A stretch of DNA of 64,000 bases from Squalus acanthias (lineage: Eukaryota): NCBI GenBank assembly GCA_030390025.1, contig CM059431.1, positions 157,048,001 through 157,112,000 of the forward strand. Direction: 5' to 3'. The position numbers were made by a program, and so were the translations under genes. Each line of letters starts with the position of its first letter. Within the stretch, counting starts at the first letter, position 1. Below are positions 15,701 through 28,089 of the stretch, piece after piece. Below the pieces are notes generated by a model. That model was not told where the DNA came from, ran no database searches, and saw only the letters and a program-made list of their open reading frames with translations.

Positions 15701-18700
15701 CCATCCTCCCCGGGATAGACAACGCCTAATCTCAATGGATCCATCCTCCACGGGTCACACGCTGTCTGATCTGATTGGGCACATACTCCCCGGGTTACAC
15801 ACCGTATGCTCTCACTGGGCTCATCATCTACGGATTACACACTGTTGATCTCACTGAGCCCATCCTCCCCGGGTTACACACTGTCTGATCCCACTGGGGC
15901 CAATATATCTTTGTTGCACATTGTCTGTTATCACAGGCCCATCCTCCCCGTTTTACATACCGTCTGATCTCACTTGATCCATCCTCCCGGGATACACACT
16001 GTATTACCTCACTGGGCCTCTCCTACCCGTGCTGCACACTGTCTGCTCTCACTAGACTCATCCTCTACGGTTTCTCACTGTCCGCTCTCACTGTGCTCAT
16101 CCTCCACGAATTACACACTGTCTGATTTCACTGGGCCCATCTTCCCGCTTTACACACTGTCTGATCTCAATGTGCCCATTCTCCCCGGGTTACAATTGTC
16201 TGATCTCACTGGACCCATCATCTACGGGTTACACACTGTCTGATCTCACTGGGCCCTTCATCTACGGGTTACACACTGCCTGCTCTCACTGGGCCCATTC
16301 TCCCCGGGTTACAAATTGTCTGATCTCACTGGACCCAGCCTCTATGCGTTACACACTGTCTGGTCTCACTGGGCCCATCCTCCCGGGATACACACTGTAT
16401 TATCTCACTGTGCCACTCCTCCCCGGGCTACACACTGTCTGGTCTCACTAGATTCATCCTCTACGGGTTTCACACTCTCTGCTCTCATCGTGCACATCCT
16501 CCCCGGATTGTACACTGTCTGATCTCACTGGGCACATCCTCCCCTTGTTACACACTTTCTGATCTCACTGGGCAACTTCCTCCCCTTGTTACACACTGGC
16601 AGATCTCCCTGGGAACATCCTCCCCGGGTTTCACATTGTCTTATTCTATTGGGCCCATGCTCCCCGAGTTACATACTGCCTGATCTCACTGGACCCATCA
16701 TCCCCGGGTTACACACTGTCTGATCTGAGTGGGACCCTCCTCCGCGGAACAGACACTGTCTGCTTTTATTGGGCCCATCCTCTCCGGATTATACACGCTC
16801 TGATCTCACTGGGCCCATCCTCCCCGGTTTAGACACAATGTGATCTCATTAGGTCAATACTCTCCGGGTTACACAATATCTTTTCTCACTGGGCCCATCC
16901 TCCCCGCGTTGCACACTGCCTGATCTCACTGGTCTAATCCTCCCTTTGTTACCCCTTCTCTGTTTTCACTTGTCCCATTACTCCCCGTGTTATACACTGC
17001 CTGCTATCACTGGTCCCATCCTCACCGGTTTACACATCGTCTGCTTTCACTGGACCCATCATCTACGGGTTACACACTGTATGATCTCGCTGGGCACAAC
17101 ATCCCCGGGTTACACACTTTCTGATCTCAGTGGCCTATCCTCCCAGGATTATAAACTGTTTGATTTCATTGGGCACATCCTCCCCGGTTTAGACACTGTC
17201 AGATCTCACTGGGCCCTTCCTCCCTGTGTTGCACACTGTCAGATATCACTAGCTCCAACCTGCCCTCGTTACACACTATCTGATCTCACTGGACACATCC
17301 CCCCAGATAAAACACTGCCTGATCTCATTGGGCACATCCTCCCTTTGTTACAACTTGTCTGTTTTCACAAGGGCCCGTATTCCCTGTGTTACACACAGCC
17401 TGATCTCAGTTGGGCATCATCCCGGGTTACTCACTGTGTATCGCACTGGAACAATCCTCCCCGTGAACATACTGTCTGCTCTCAATGGCTCATCCTCCCC
17501 GGGTTACACGCTGTCTGCTCTCACTGGGCCCATCCTCCCCGGGTTACACACTCTCTGATCTCACTGGACCCATCCTCCCCGGGTTACTCGCTGTCTGATC
17601 TCACTGGGCCCATCCTCCACGGGTTACACACTGTTTGCTCTCACTGGGCATTTCCTCCCCGAGTTACACACTGTCTGATTTCACTGGACACATCCTCACC
17701 GGGCTACAAACTGTTGGCTCTCACTGGGCCCATCCTCCCCGGTTTAGCCACTGACAGATCTCACTGGGTCCAACCTGCCCTCGCTACACAATGTCTGGTC
17801 TCACTGGACACATCCTGCCCGGTTTACACACTTTCTTATCTCACCTGGCCCATCCTCCACGGGTTACACCCTGTCTGAGCTCAATGGGCTCATCCTCCCC
17901 GGGTTACACAATGTCTGATCGCACTGGACTCACCCTCTACAGGTTACACGCTATCTTATCTCACTAGGCCCAACTTAACGAGTTAAACACTGTCTTATTT
18001 CACTGGGCGTAACATCCCCGAGTTACACACTGTCTGATCTCACTGGGCCCATCCTACCCGCTTTACACACTGGGTGATCTCAATGGATCAATACTCACCG
18101 GGACACACTGTCTGCGCTGACTGGTTCCATCCTTCCGGGATTACACAATATCAGATTTAACTGGGCCCATCCTCCCCGTTTACATAATGTCAGATCTCAC
18201 TGGTTCCATCCTCCCCGGGTTACATAATGTCTGATCTGACTGGCCCAATCATCCACGGGTTACAGACTGCCTGATGTCACTGGGCCAATCCTCTCTTTAT
18301 TGCAACGTGTCTGTTTTGACTGGGGCCACCCTCCCCGTCTTACCCACTTTCTGTTTTCACTGGGCCTATACTCCCCGTGTTACAGACCTTGTGATCTCAC
18401 TGGGCCCATCCTCCTCGGGTTACACACCGTCTGCTCTCACTGGGCCCATTATCTGCAGGTTACACAATGTCTGCTGTCACTGTGTCCATCCTTCCCGGAT
18501 TACACACTGTCTGCTCTCACTGGGCCCATCCTTCCCGGGTTACCCACTGTCTGATCTCAATGGACGCTTCATCCCCGGGTTACACACTGTCTAATTTCAC
18601 TGGGCCTATCCTCCCCGGGTTAAGCACTGTCTCATCACACGAGGCCCATCCTCCACGGTTTACACTCTGTCTGATCACTTTGGTACCAGCTTCCCCGGTT

Positions 18701-18798
18701 ACACACTGCCGCTTCTCACTGGGTCCATCCTCCCCTGGTTACACAATCTCTGATCTCATTCGGTCCATCACTCCTGGGTTATACTCTGTCTGATCTCA
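9722..18798. repeat. 40-bp satellite array 2 (~9 kb) with higher-order repeat structure
   Basis: Same monomer as array 1. Diagnostic variant GGTGCCAACCTYCCCCGGTTGAA recurs at ~780, ~10270 and ~14545. Confidence 0.95.
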
Positions 18799-18939
18799 GC
18801 TCCAGTCTGTTTAGTTTTGAGTTTTTCCCTCCCGGCCGCCTGAGACTTCCGCATTGTCACTCATGTAGACAGAAACGCGCAATTTTCTCATCAAACTGCA
18901 GACTAACCCTCCCCACTCTCCTTCCCAATAGCATGCCCT

Positions 18940-19160
18940 TTATTCTGACCCGGTTCAGTCCATCCCCTGGTATTTATATCCCGGACTATCCCGTGTATTA
19001 TGACTCGTTTCAGTACATTCCCTGGGGTTGATATCCCGGATCATGCCCTGTATTATGGCACAATTCAGTCCATTCTCTTGGGTTTTAATCCCGGATCATC
19101 CCCTAAATTATGAACCGCTCAATCGATTCCCTGGAGTTAATATCCCAGGCCAGCCCCTGT
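18940..19160. repeat. Degenerate ~56-bp tandem repeat (~4 copies)
   Basis: Recurring ...ttcagtccatyccctgg...atcccggatcatccc...tattatg units. Confidence 0.6.
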
Positions 19161-19292
19161 TCCAATTTAAATCCCTCCCTGTGCAATATAAACTCTGGGC
19201 TAAGCAGCCGCGCTTTCAGGCCGTGTGCTGAATGGAGACGAGTTCCTTCAGTCACAGAACGCGGCCCCTTTAACAAGGGGAACGATCCTGTT

Positions 19293-19510
19293 TCTTACCG
19301 TCACTCACACACCGGCCCGCCCCGCACGGCACACAGCAAACCCCGCCCACTGGACATCCCCGGATTCACAGCAGCGTGCAAGAGTGCAAGCGTTCTCTGT
19401 CAACACTGCGCCTGCGTGAGCGATAAAGGCTGCTGTGTCACCACTGCGCCTGTGAAAGCTCAAGGACGATCTGCCAACATCGCGCCTAAGCCTGATTTCC
19501 TGTTTCACCT
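19293..19510 (-). promoter_or_regulatory. CpG-rich promoter / non-coding first-exon candidate
   Basis: Donor GACG|GTAAGA (GT at 19298-19297). GC boxes at 19312-19325 and 19341-19350. NRF1-like TGCGCCTGCG at 19407-19416 and TGCGCCTGTG at 19445-19454. ETS-like ACAGGAAAT at 19503-19495. Confidence 0.5.
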
Positions 19511-20529
19511 CCATGTATAAAAGCTCCGATACTGCTTCAGTCTTCCCATATATAGAATGACAATCGTCTTTTTTCTCCAATGCAATATTCCCCTAGAGTA
19601 TAAACTGATTTGGTGCAAGAATGGGACAACATGAATACGCATTACAGAGGAGATGAGAAGTGCACAGAAGATTGTGAGAAACAAACAACATTAGTATAAA
19701 GAGCACTTCAGAACTAGGAGGGATCAGAGCGGGGAATTGTTACGCAGACTGAGTTGGGTTTAGATTTGATGTGCGCCAATGCCCGGAGAGTGGTAGATGG
19801 GCTGCAGGCTCAAGTAGTTACATGGGATTATGATATAGTGCCCATAATGGAGACGTGGCTCAGACAAGGTGATCTGGAACGCACTACTTGAAAGACTGGC
19901 GGAAGCAAATTCCATCGGAACTTTCTAAAGGCAACTGGTCCTTTGTTTGAAGATGACTGATTTGCAGCGTTATGGGGATAAAGCTGGGGTGTGAGTCTAC
20001 ACTGGACAGCTCTTTCACAGATCACGACGGGCCGAATGGCTTCCTTCTACGCTTTCAGATTTTCTATTTTTTAGGATTCTAAGAGTTGACAGTAACTCCC
20101 CTCGAGAATAATGCGACATTCGACTCGGTTTTGCAACAGAAGCCCAAGCATTCTGAGGTCAATGTGGATCAAAGTGAAAACTTCCCGCGCCTGGAAACAA
20201 TGGATTACTGGAATGGGTAGCGATTGTGTTGTACGGTGATAGGTCTCGAATTCTTACATTTTGTTTGTAAGCGTGTGATAAACGAGATATATGGTTCAAG
20301 AATATGTCCAACAGCAGAATGTTAGCGTGTGAGATTCCATTTGGAAGGATTTTTTTTAGTAACGCTGCCACAAGTAGTAAATCTCTAAAATTAAACCGTA
20401 ATTTCTTCACAGATCTATTATTAATATCTCAGCTTTTCAATATTATTGAACAAATTCCCATAAAACGCGGTGCGTCAGTTTGCTGCAATAAAACAATATA
20501 ATGGTGCTCAGTACATTCGGGCTCTTTAC

Positions 20530-20632
20530 CTTGTGCTGCGACTCCAGATTCTAATTCCACAGAGTCCGGGTAAGTTTGCGTTGTGTGTTCTGCAGGTTAA
20601 TGAACACACCCTGGGTAAAGATCAATTACACT
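20530..20632 (-). pseudogene. Exon-like segment, copy 1 (5'-truncated) of an unidentified gene
   Basis: Ends ...GCAGCACAAG|gtaaag. Homologous to 27336-27502 and 35810-36086. Reads VIDLYPGCVH*PAEHTTQTYPDSVELESGVAAQ. Confidence 0.5.
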
Positions 20633-20697
20633 TGCGATCTGTCAAGAATCCTCCGCATCCCTGGGAGAAATGCCTCTGCAGATGGAGAGTTGCGTTA

Positions 20698-23628
20698 TTT
20701 AGTGATGGGCGTGTTGTACCTTCCATGCCAGCAAGGCATATATTGCCGTGGAACATAGGAACAAAGTTAGGTAAGTCAGCCTTTGTCCACTGCTTCGCCA
20801 TTGAGTAAGATCATGGCTGATCTGTACCTCTACTCAATTTACCCGGCATTATATCAAATGCCTTGATATGCTTCCCTAAAAAACCCAGTATCGATCTCAG
20901 TCTTGAAATTCCAATTCTCCCAGCATCCGCAGACTGTTGGGGGAGTGCATTCCAAATTTCCACTGTGTGAAAAATTACTTCCTAAATTGCCCGGCTCCAA
21001 TTTAAGAACATGTCTCCATGTTCGTGATATTCCATCAGAGGAAACAATTTCTCTTTCTCTATCCTATCGAATTATTTCAACATTTTAATCACCTCGATCA
21101 GATCACTCATCGAGCATCTACAATCAATAGAATAAAAGCCAGATTATGCGACCTGTCAATCTGAGAGTTTACCATTGACAGCCCACTCTGTCTCTTCATT
21201 CCTTAACCATTTCGAACCCAATTCGATACCCTCTCACTTTTCCCAATTACATTTTGTGTGAAACCTTATCGAATGGCTTCTGGAAGTTCACATATATAAC
21301 CTCCATGGACACACCTTTGTCTACCTTTTTAGCGATTTCCTCAAACAAATCAACTGGATTAGGCAGATATGATATATCTTTAATAAGCCGCGCTGGCTTT
21401 CGATGATCAGCTTATATTTTCTCCAGTAATCAGTCACTCTATCCAAATGACAGATTCTTGTAGCTTCGCATAACCGCGTTAAACAGACAGGCCTGTAGTT
21501 ACTTGGTTTCTCCATCTCACCCATCTCAAATAAAGGAGTGAAGATAAAAATATCCGTGTATGACGGCACAATTCCCGAATCAAGAGACATTGAAAGATTA
21601 TAACTAACAATACTGCAAGTCCCATAGGTATTTATCTATGTACCCCGGGATGGCTGTCATCGTGTCCTGGAAATGTATCTAGCCTAAGACCCACTAATTC
21701 ATCATTTACCATTTTTAATATTATTAATACAGTAAATTCCTTCCCATGATTCATTTTAGTGCCCATTCTATCATTGGTGTTTAAACCTCTTCCTCTACTG
21801 TGAAAACAGATACAAAGTATTCATCAATAATTCTGCTCTGAACAAGTGAGCTCTAATCTTATCAGGGGTGTCTGTCTTTAATGGACCCACATCTCCCTCA
21901 ACACCTCTCTTACACGTAATATAAGTATGCATATTTTAAAATATTAGCTTTTATGTTACTTGCCCCTTTTCCGCAGCCCCGTTTTGTAGCTCTTAATGCA
22001 GAGACTGTAGAAATGGCCAAATCATGTCAGATGCAAACTAATGTGGCTAAGTGTGTGAGATGCACTTTGGCAACAACAACAGGGAGAGGCCGCATAATCT
22101 AGTTGGTGCTATTTTAAAGGGGGACAAGAACAGAAGACCTGGGCTACATATTCACACATATTTAATGGAAGCAGGGCAAGTTGATAATGTGGTTAAGAAA
22201 GAGCATGTGTATATTGGCTTCGTAAATAGTGGCATTGAATACAAAAACAAGCTAAAGCTTGTTTTAAATATTTAGTGAATGAACGTTTATGTCTTTAATT
22301 ACGATAGATTACAGTTTAGTTTTTAATTAATTACCATATCTAGTTAAAGTTAAGGTAGACGAAATTAAATTATTACCTGCGAAATGCAGCACTCCAAGTA
22401 TTAGAGGCAAAGAGCAGTACCTCCTTCCCCCTCTGCTCCGAATTCCCACTCTCTCTAAATTTCCCATGTTTGAACAGTCTGTTTAGAAGCGTTCTGTTTA
22501 AGAACCTCCGTGCTGACCACTCTGCCCATCTGCAAATACAGTTTACTTTTATATCTTTGGAGCCACACTCAAGTTACAAGTACAGTCTCAGCTTCCTGTC
22601 ACTGTAATTATTTTTTTATTCGTTTATGGGATGTCGTCGTTCCTGACAAGGCCGACATTTATTGCCCATCCCTAATTGGCTTTTTGAGAAGGATTTGGTT
22701 AGCCGCCTTCTTGAACCGCTGCAGTCCTTGTGATGACGGTACCATGGGTTGGGGCCTATTAGAGACAAAGAAGGTGATATATGCTTATGATACAGGGCAA
22801 GGCTTGAATAGTCAATGAGTAATTTATGTCGATATTTACTAAGGAGATGGATGCTGGAAAAATATCAGTAGAAGTGGAAAAGTTAGATGCAATGGAAGCG
22901 GTGAAAATTTACAGAGAGGATGTAATAAAATGGCTGGGTATGCTTAGAGTGGACAAGTCTCCTGAACCAGTGGGTTGCATCACAGGTTACTAAGGGAATT
23001 AGGGGAGGAGATAGCAGAATGGCCTGCCATTATTTTCCAATCTTCCCCAGATGCTGGGGAGGTGCCTGAGGTTTGGAAAGTGGCAAATTTGACACCATTG
23101 TTCAAGAAAGGGTGTAAGGACAATGCTACTAAATACAGGCCGGTCAGTTTAACATCAGTGATGCGTAAGGTTTTAGAAACAATAATCAAGGCAAAATTAA
23201 CGGGCATTTGGAGAGGTTTAAGCTAATCAAGTGGAGCCAACACGGGTGTGTAAAAGGAAGCTGGTATTTGACTAATCTAATTGAATTTTGTGATCGAGTA
23301 ACAACGTGGATTGATGAAGAGAATGCAATGGATGTTGCCTACAAGGATTGTCGGAAGGCTTTTAGCAAAGTGCCACATAGAATGCTGGTTAACAAAATTG
23401 AGGTTCATGGAATAGGTGGGTCAGTGGTAGATTGGATACGGAATTGGCTTAATGATAGAAAACAGCGAGTTGTTGTAAATGGCTGTTTTTCAGACTGGCG
23501 GATGGCAGGCAGAGATGTTCTCCAAGGGTCAGGGCTGGTGTCACTGCTTTTTTTGATATATATAAATGACCTGGATATTGGAATACAGATTATAATTTCT
23601 AAATTTCCCGCTAACACCCTATTTGGGG
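20698..23628. repeat. Segmental duplicate of 5469-8396 (CR1 mosaic block)
   Basis: Collinear and near-identical, including junctions between different elements. Paired ORFs: 5674/20903 and 6833/22051. Confidence 0.9.
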
Positions 23629-23956
23629 GTGTGGTAAACAGTGATGACGATATCAATCGACTGCAACAGGACATAGAAAGGCTAGCAAAATTGGCAGTCA
23701 ACTGGCAGATGGAAATTAATACAAAAAAGTGTGAGGTGATGCATTTTGGCAGAAAGAACACGGATAGTCAATATACACTTAATGGCACAGATTAAAGAGT
23801 GTGCAGTGACAGAGGGATCTGGGAGTTAATGTGCATATTTCCCTGAAGGTGGCAGTACATATTGAGAGAGTGGTTAGCAAAGCATATGGGATCTTGGGCT
23901 TCATAAATAGAGGTATTGAGTACAAAAGTAGAGAAGTTATGCTGAACATTTATAAA

Positions 23957-25418
23957 AATGAGAAGTCGCACCAGGTTATAGTCCAACAGATTTATTTAAA
24001 ATTACGTGCTTTCGGAGCTATCCTGCCCCTTCTTCAGGTAGAGTTACTGTGAGAGAATCTATCAGAATTCACAGAATATAAACACAGAGAAAATGCAAAG
24101 ATTCAATCTTTCCCTACATCAAAGACACACTAAGAGCACAGCCAAGACAATGAGATGTGTCCCAGGGGGTCCAACGCGTCAAAACAACTGCTGGCTGCAT
24201 ATCCTCTCCATTTGGGTTTGTTTTTTGTGTTTGTTTCTTGTGGTTTTTTTTTAACTGGAAAGACAGGTAGCGATGTCAAGTCACGTTCTGTAGCGTGGCA
24301 TGAACCCGATATCCCGATTGAGGCCGTCCTCATGAGTGCGGAACTTGGCTATCTGTTTCTGCTCGATGATTTTGCGTTGTCGTGTATCCCGAAGGCCGCC
24401 TTGAAGAACACTAATCGCAGATCCAAGGCTGAATGCCCTTGGCTGCTGAAGTGTTCCCCGACTGGGAAGCAACCATCCTGCCTGGCGATTGTTGCGCAGT
24501 GTCCGTTCATACGTTGTCTCAGTGTCTGCATGGTCTCGCCGATGTACCATGCTCTGGGGCATCCTTTACTGCAACGTATCAGGTAGATAACGTTGGCCGA
24601 GTCACATGAGTATGTACCATGTACCTGGTGGGTAGTGTCCTCACGTGTGATGACGGTATCTGTGTTCATGATCTGGCATGTCTTGCAGAGGTTGCCGTGG
24701 CAGGGTTGTGTGGTGTCGTGGTCGCTTCGCCAACGTTGTCTACCTGATACGTTGCAGTAAAGGATGCCCCAGAGCATGGTACATCGGCGAGACCATGCAG
24801 ACACTGAGACAACGTATGAACGGACATCGTGCAACAATCGCAAGGCAGGATGGTTGCCTCCCAGTCGGGGAACACTTCAGCAGTCAAGGACATTCAGCCT
24901 CGGATCAGCGGGTTAGCGTTCTCCAAGGCGGCCTTCGGGATCCAGGATAACGCAAAATCATCGAGCCGAAACTGATAGCCAAGTTCCGCACTCATGATGA
25001 CGGCCTCAATCGGGACATCGGGTACATGTCACGCTACAGAACGTGACTTGACATCGTTGCCTGTCTTTCCAGTTTAAAAAAAAAACAAACACAAGAAACA
25101 AACACAAAAAACAAACCCAAATGGAGAGGATATGCAGCCAGCAGGTGTTTTGACGCGTTGGACCCCCTGGGACACATCTCATTGTCTTGGCTGTGCTCTT
25201 AGTGTGTCTTTGATGTAGGGAAAGATTGAATCACTGCATTTTCTCTGTGTTTATATTCTGTGAATTCTGATAGATTCTCTCACAGTAACTCTACCTGAAG
25301 AAGGGGCAGGATTGCTCCGAAAGCTTGTAATATTAAATAAATCTGTTGGACTATAACCTGGTGTTGTGCGACTTCTCATTTTTGTCCACCCCAGTCCAAC
25401 GCCGGCATCTCCGCATCA
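23957..25418. mobile_element. Penelope-like element (family B): inverted pair of GIY-YIG/pLTR 3' segments with a ~35-nt unpaired tail
   Basis: GIY-YIG motif NVIYLIRCSKGCPRAWYIGET on both strands (ORFs 24349-24843 minus, 24678-24950 plus). Arms ~23957-24600 and 24727-25381. 14-bp TSD TGAACATTTATAAA at 23943-23956 and 25419-25432. Confidence 0.93.
25292..25329 (+). ncRNA. Minimal hammerhead ribozyme motif in Penelope pLTR
   Basis: UAC-CUGAAGA-A-GGGGCA(GGAU)UGCUCC-GAAA-GC-UU-GUA: core boxes, stem II, 3-bp stem I and palindromic AAGCUU. Confidence 0.7.
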
Positions 25419-25999
25419 TGAACATTTATAAAGGGCTGCTAATGCCACATTTGGAGCATTGCGTCCAGTTCTGTACTTCACACTTTAGGGAGGATGTGAA
25501 GGCCCTTAAGAGGTTGCAGAGGAGATTTACCAGATTGGTTCCGGGCATGGGTGATCTTAGCTGCAAAGACAGGTTGCAGAAGCTGGATTTGTTTTCATTA
25601 GAGAAAAGGAGGTTGCTGGGTTATTTGATAGAGGTGTACAAGATTATGACGGGTTTGGATAGGCTAGACTGGGAAAGGCTGTTCCCACTAGTCGATGGTA
25701 CAAGGACTAGGGGATACATGTTTAAGGTTAAGGGCACGAGATACAGGGGGAATGTGAGGAAAAACTTGTTTTCACAGCGAGTGGTGATGACCTGGAATTC
25801 GCTTTCTACGGAAGTGATGGAATCAGAGACACTCAATGTTTTCAAGGGGAGACTGGATAGGCACTTGAGGGAAATAACTTGCACGGCTACGGGGATAGAG
25901 TGGGATAATGGGAATGACTCGATTACTCTACAGAGATCCGGCACGGAACCAATGAGCCGAACGGCCTCCTTCTGTGCCGTTATGACTTCATGACTATGA

Positions 26000-27058
26000 T
26001 CTCAATTAAATCACCCCTTAATCGTTTATATACAAGGGAATACAAAGGTAGTCTGTACATTCAGTCCTCGTAACTGAACCATTTTAGCCTCGCTATCATT
26101 CTGGTGCAAATTAACTGCACCCTCTATAAGGCCGTTATATCCTTCCTGATGTCCAGTGCACAGAAATTAAAACGGAAATCACAATGGGATCTAACCAGAG
26201 CTCTGTACAGCTGTACCAGAACTTCTAGCCGTTTGTATTCCAGCCCTCTTGATATAAAGGCCAATATTCCATTTGACTGTTTCCTTCCTTTGGACTTATC
26301 GACTATCTTTTACTGATTGCCGTACTCGGAGCCCTATTCTCTCTGCTCATCCACAGTTCCTAGCTTCTAGCCATTTAGAAAATACTCTGATCTTTCTTTT
26401 TCAGGTCCGAAGTCATGGAGCTCACACTTTCCCACATTGATCTCCATCTGCCACAGTTTTGCCCAGAGAGTGCAAAATCAAGGAAATTAGCCTCAACGTT
26501 CATCAATCTCTGGCTTCAGCTGGAGTATTGTTTCCAATTATTTCGTCACACTTTAAGAAGGCTTTCGAGGCCTTGCACAGGATGCAGAAGATATTTACTG
26601 AAATGGTAAAACGATGAGGAACTTCAGTTACGCGGAGAGACTGGAGAAGCTGGAATTAATCGCCTTGGAGCAGAGAAGATTAAGGGATATTTAAAAGATG
26701 TGTTAAAATCTTGAATCTTCTCTGACAGAGTAAATAAGGGGAAACTGTTTTCACTGGCAAAAGGCTCGGTCAACAGAGGACACAGATTTAATGCAATTGG
26801 CAAAACTGCCAGAGGTGAGATAAGACGAGGATTTTTTTTGAGTCAAATAATTATGATCTGGAATGCGGTGCCTGAAAGGGTGGAAGCAGAAGCAACATCA
26901 ACTTTTAAAAGGGAATTAGAAAAATACTTGAAGGGAATACATTCTGGGGCTCAGGGGAAAGAGCAGGAGTGTGGGTCTAACTGGTTTGCTCTTTCAATGA
27001 TCCGGTCCAGGTTCGATAGGCCGAATGGCTGCCTTCTCTGCTGGATGATTCTATGATA
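26000..27058. mobile_element. Old CR1 3' fragments (minus ~26000-26465, plus ~26465-27058)
   Basis: Decayed C-terminal RT motifs (LQLEYCFQLF) and a gatgattctatgat tail. Confidence 0.7.
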
Positions 27059-27335
27059 GCGAACCCTTACTCTTTGTTCCTAAGCGTGTAATAAACGATA
27101 TATAAACTGGAATACTATTTACAGCAGCAGAAATTTAAAGTGTGAAATTTTATTTGGAAGTTTCATTCCGTTAAATGACGCAACTCCCAGTAAATCCAAT
27201 TCTCAAAATTCCTCCTGTTACCAGTCCATTATTGTTCTGTTAACTTGACTCTATCTTTGAAGTACTACAAAAATAAACGGCAATTTCGCTAAATTAAATC
27301 ACTATAATGTAATTCAGTGTATTCCGGGTCCTTAA

Positions 27336-27502
27336 CTTGTGCTGCGGATCCTGATTCTGGTTCCAGAGAAGCTGGGTAAGTTAACGTTGTATGTTTTGCA
27401 GGTTGTTGAACGCACCCTGGGCAAAGGTCAATTACACATCACAGTCATAAAAAGAACCTTCAGCCTGATCAGTACAATCCCTTCCCGGCCTGTTCTCTGG
27501 AT
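27336..27502 (-). pseudogene. Exon-like segment, copy 2 (167 nt; donor mutated GT>TT)
   Basis: tgtgattcag|ATCCAGAG...GCACAAG|ttaagg. With one added base it reads DPENRPGRDCTDQAEGSFYDCD(x)VIDLCPGCVQQPAKHTTLTYPASLEPESGSAAQ. Confidence 0.5.
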
Positions 27503-28089
27503 CTGAATCACATACGGTCTCATTCAAATTAAATTGTTCTGATAAATTATTGACCTTATAACCAAAGTGATTAATCCTCTGTGTGGTAAAATAAATACAT
27601 TTCCCACAGCTCTTCCATGTGCTGTTCAGAAGACCCCGCAGTGAAACCGGTTTCTGTCGCCAGAATCAATTTCAGATGCCCAATTATATTTCGTTATTCA
27701 CAATAAATTTTATGTATTATCGGACGAGAAAAAGGCAGAGATGGCAAATGACAAAGATCTCTGATTAGAATCTCCGAAAATAGTCTGTAGTTAATGAATA
27801 ACAGTCTGGGCCTTTATCAGCATGTTCACTCCCCTGAATATCAGGCTCTGGGTTTCACTTACTGGAACTGAATCAGGAAATGCGTGCCGTAAATAAGTGA
27901 AACTTTCACGTCATTGGCCAGTTAACTTTTAGTGGCTGTGATTTAATTTCACATTTTCATGTAAACTGCATTTTAATAATTTTGAAATGGATTCAATTCA
28001 TTATGAGACTCGGAAACTCTGAATATTAAATTCATATCCTAGTTAACATTTGTATTTAATGTAAATCTTTAAATTTCGGGTAATTTTTG

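Larger units (their letters stand above)
22740..26000 (+). mobile_element. CR1 ORF2 RT through 3' end, interrupted by a Penelope insertion
   Basis: ORFs 22975-23226, 23208-23795 and 25346-25993 carry CR1 RT and C-terminal motifs. 3' tail atgacttcatgactatga. Confidence 0.92.

Noticed and set aside
18..18793. Many plus-strand ORFs (THCLISLGPSSPGY..., up to 310 aa)
   Set aside because: Translations of the 40-bp satellite. The period is not a multiple of 3, frames rotate, and indels are frequent.
1..18798. CRISPR-like or V(D)J RSS-like array (CACACTG / CACTGTG motifs)
   Set aside because: There are no unique spacers or cas genes, no nonamer at 12/23 spacing, and no V or J segments. It is a plain vertebrate satellite.
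20568..20597. Plus-strand GGTAAGT...TGCAG micro-intron pattern, similar in the other unit copies
   Set aside because: About 26 nt is too short for a spliceosomal intron, and the donor is altered in copy 3. The minus-strand exon reading fits better.
24349..24950. Host GIY-YIG nuclease gene or domesticated endonuclease
   Set aside because: Truncated C-terminal fragments only, frameshifted or stopped, inside a TSD-flanked insertion.
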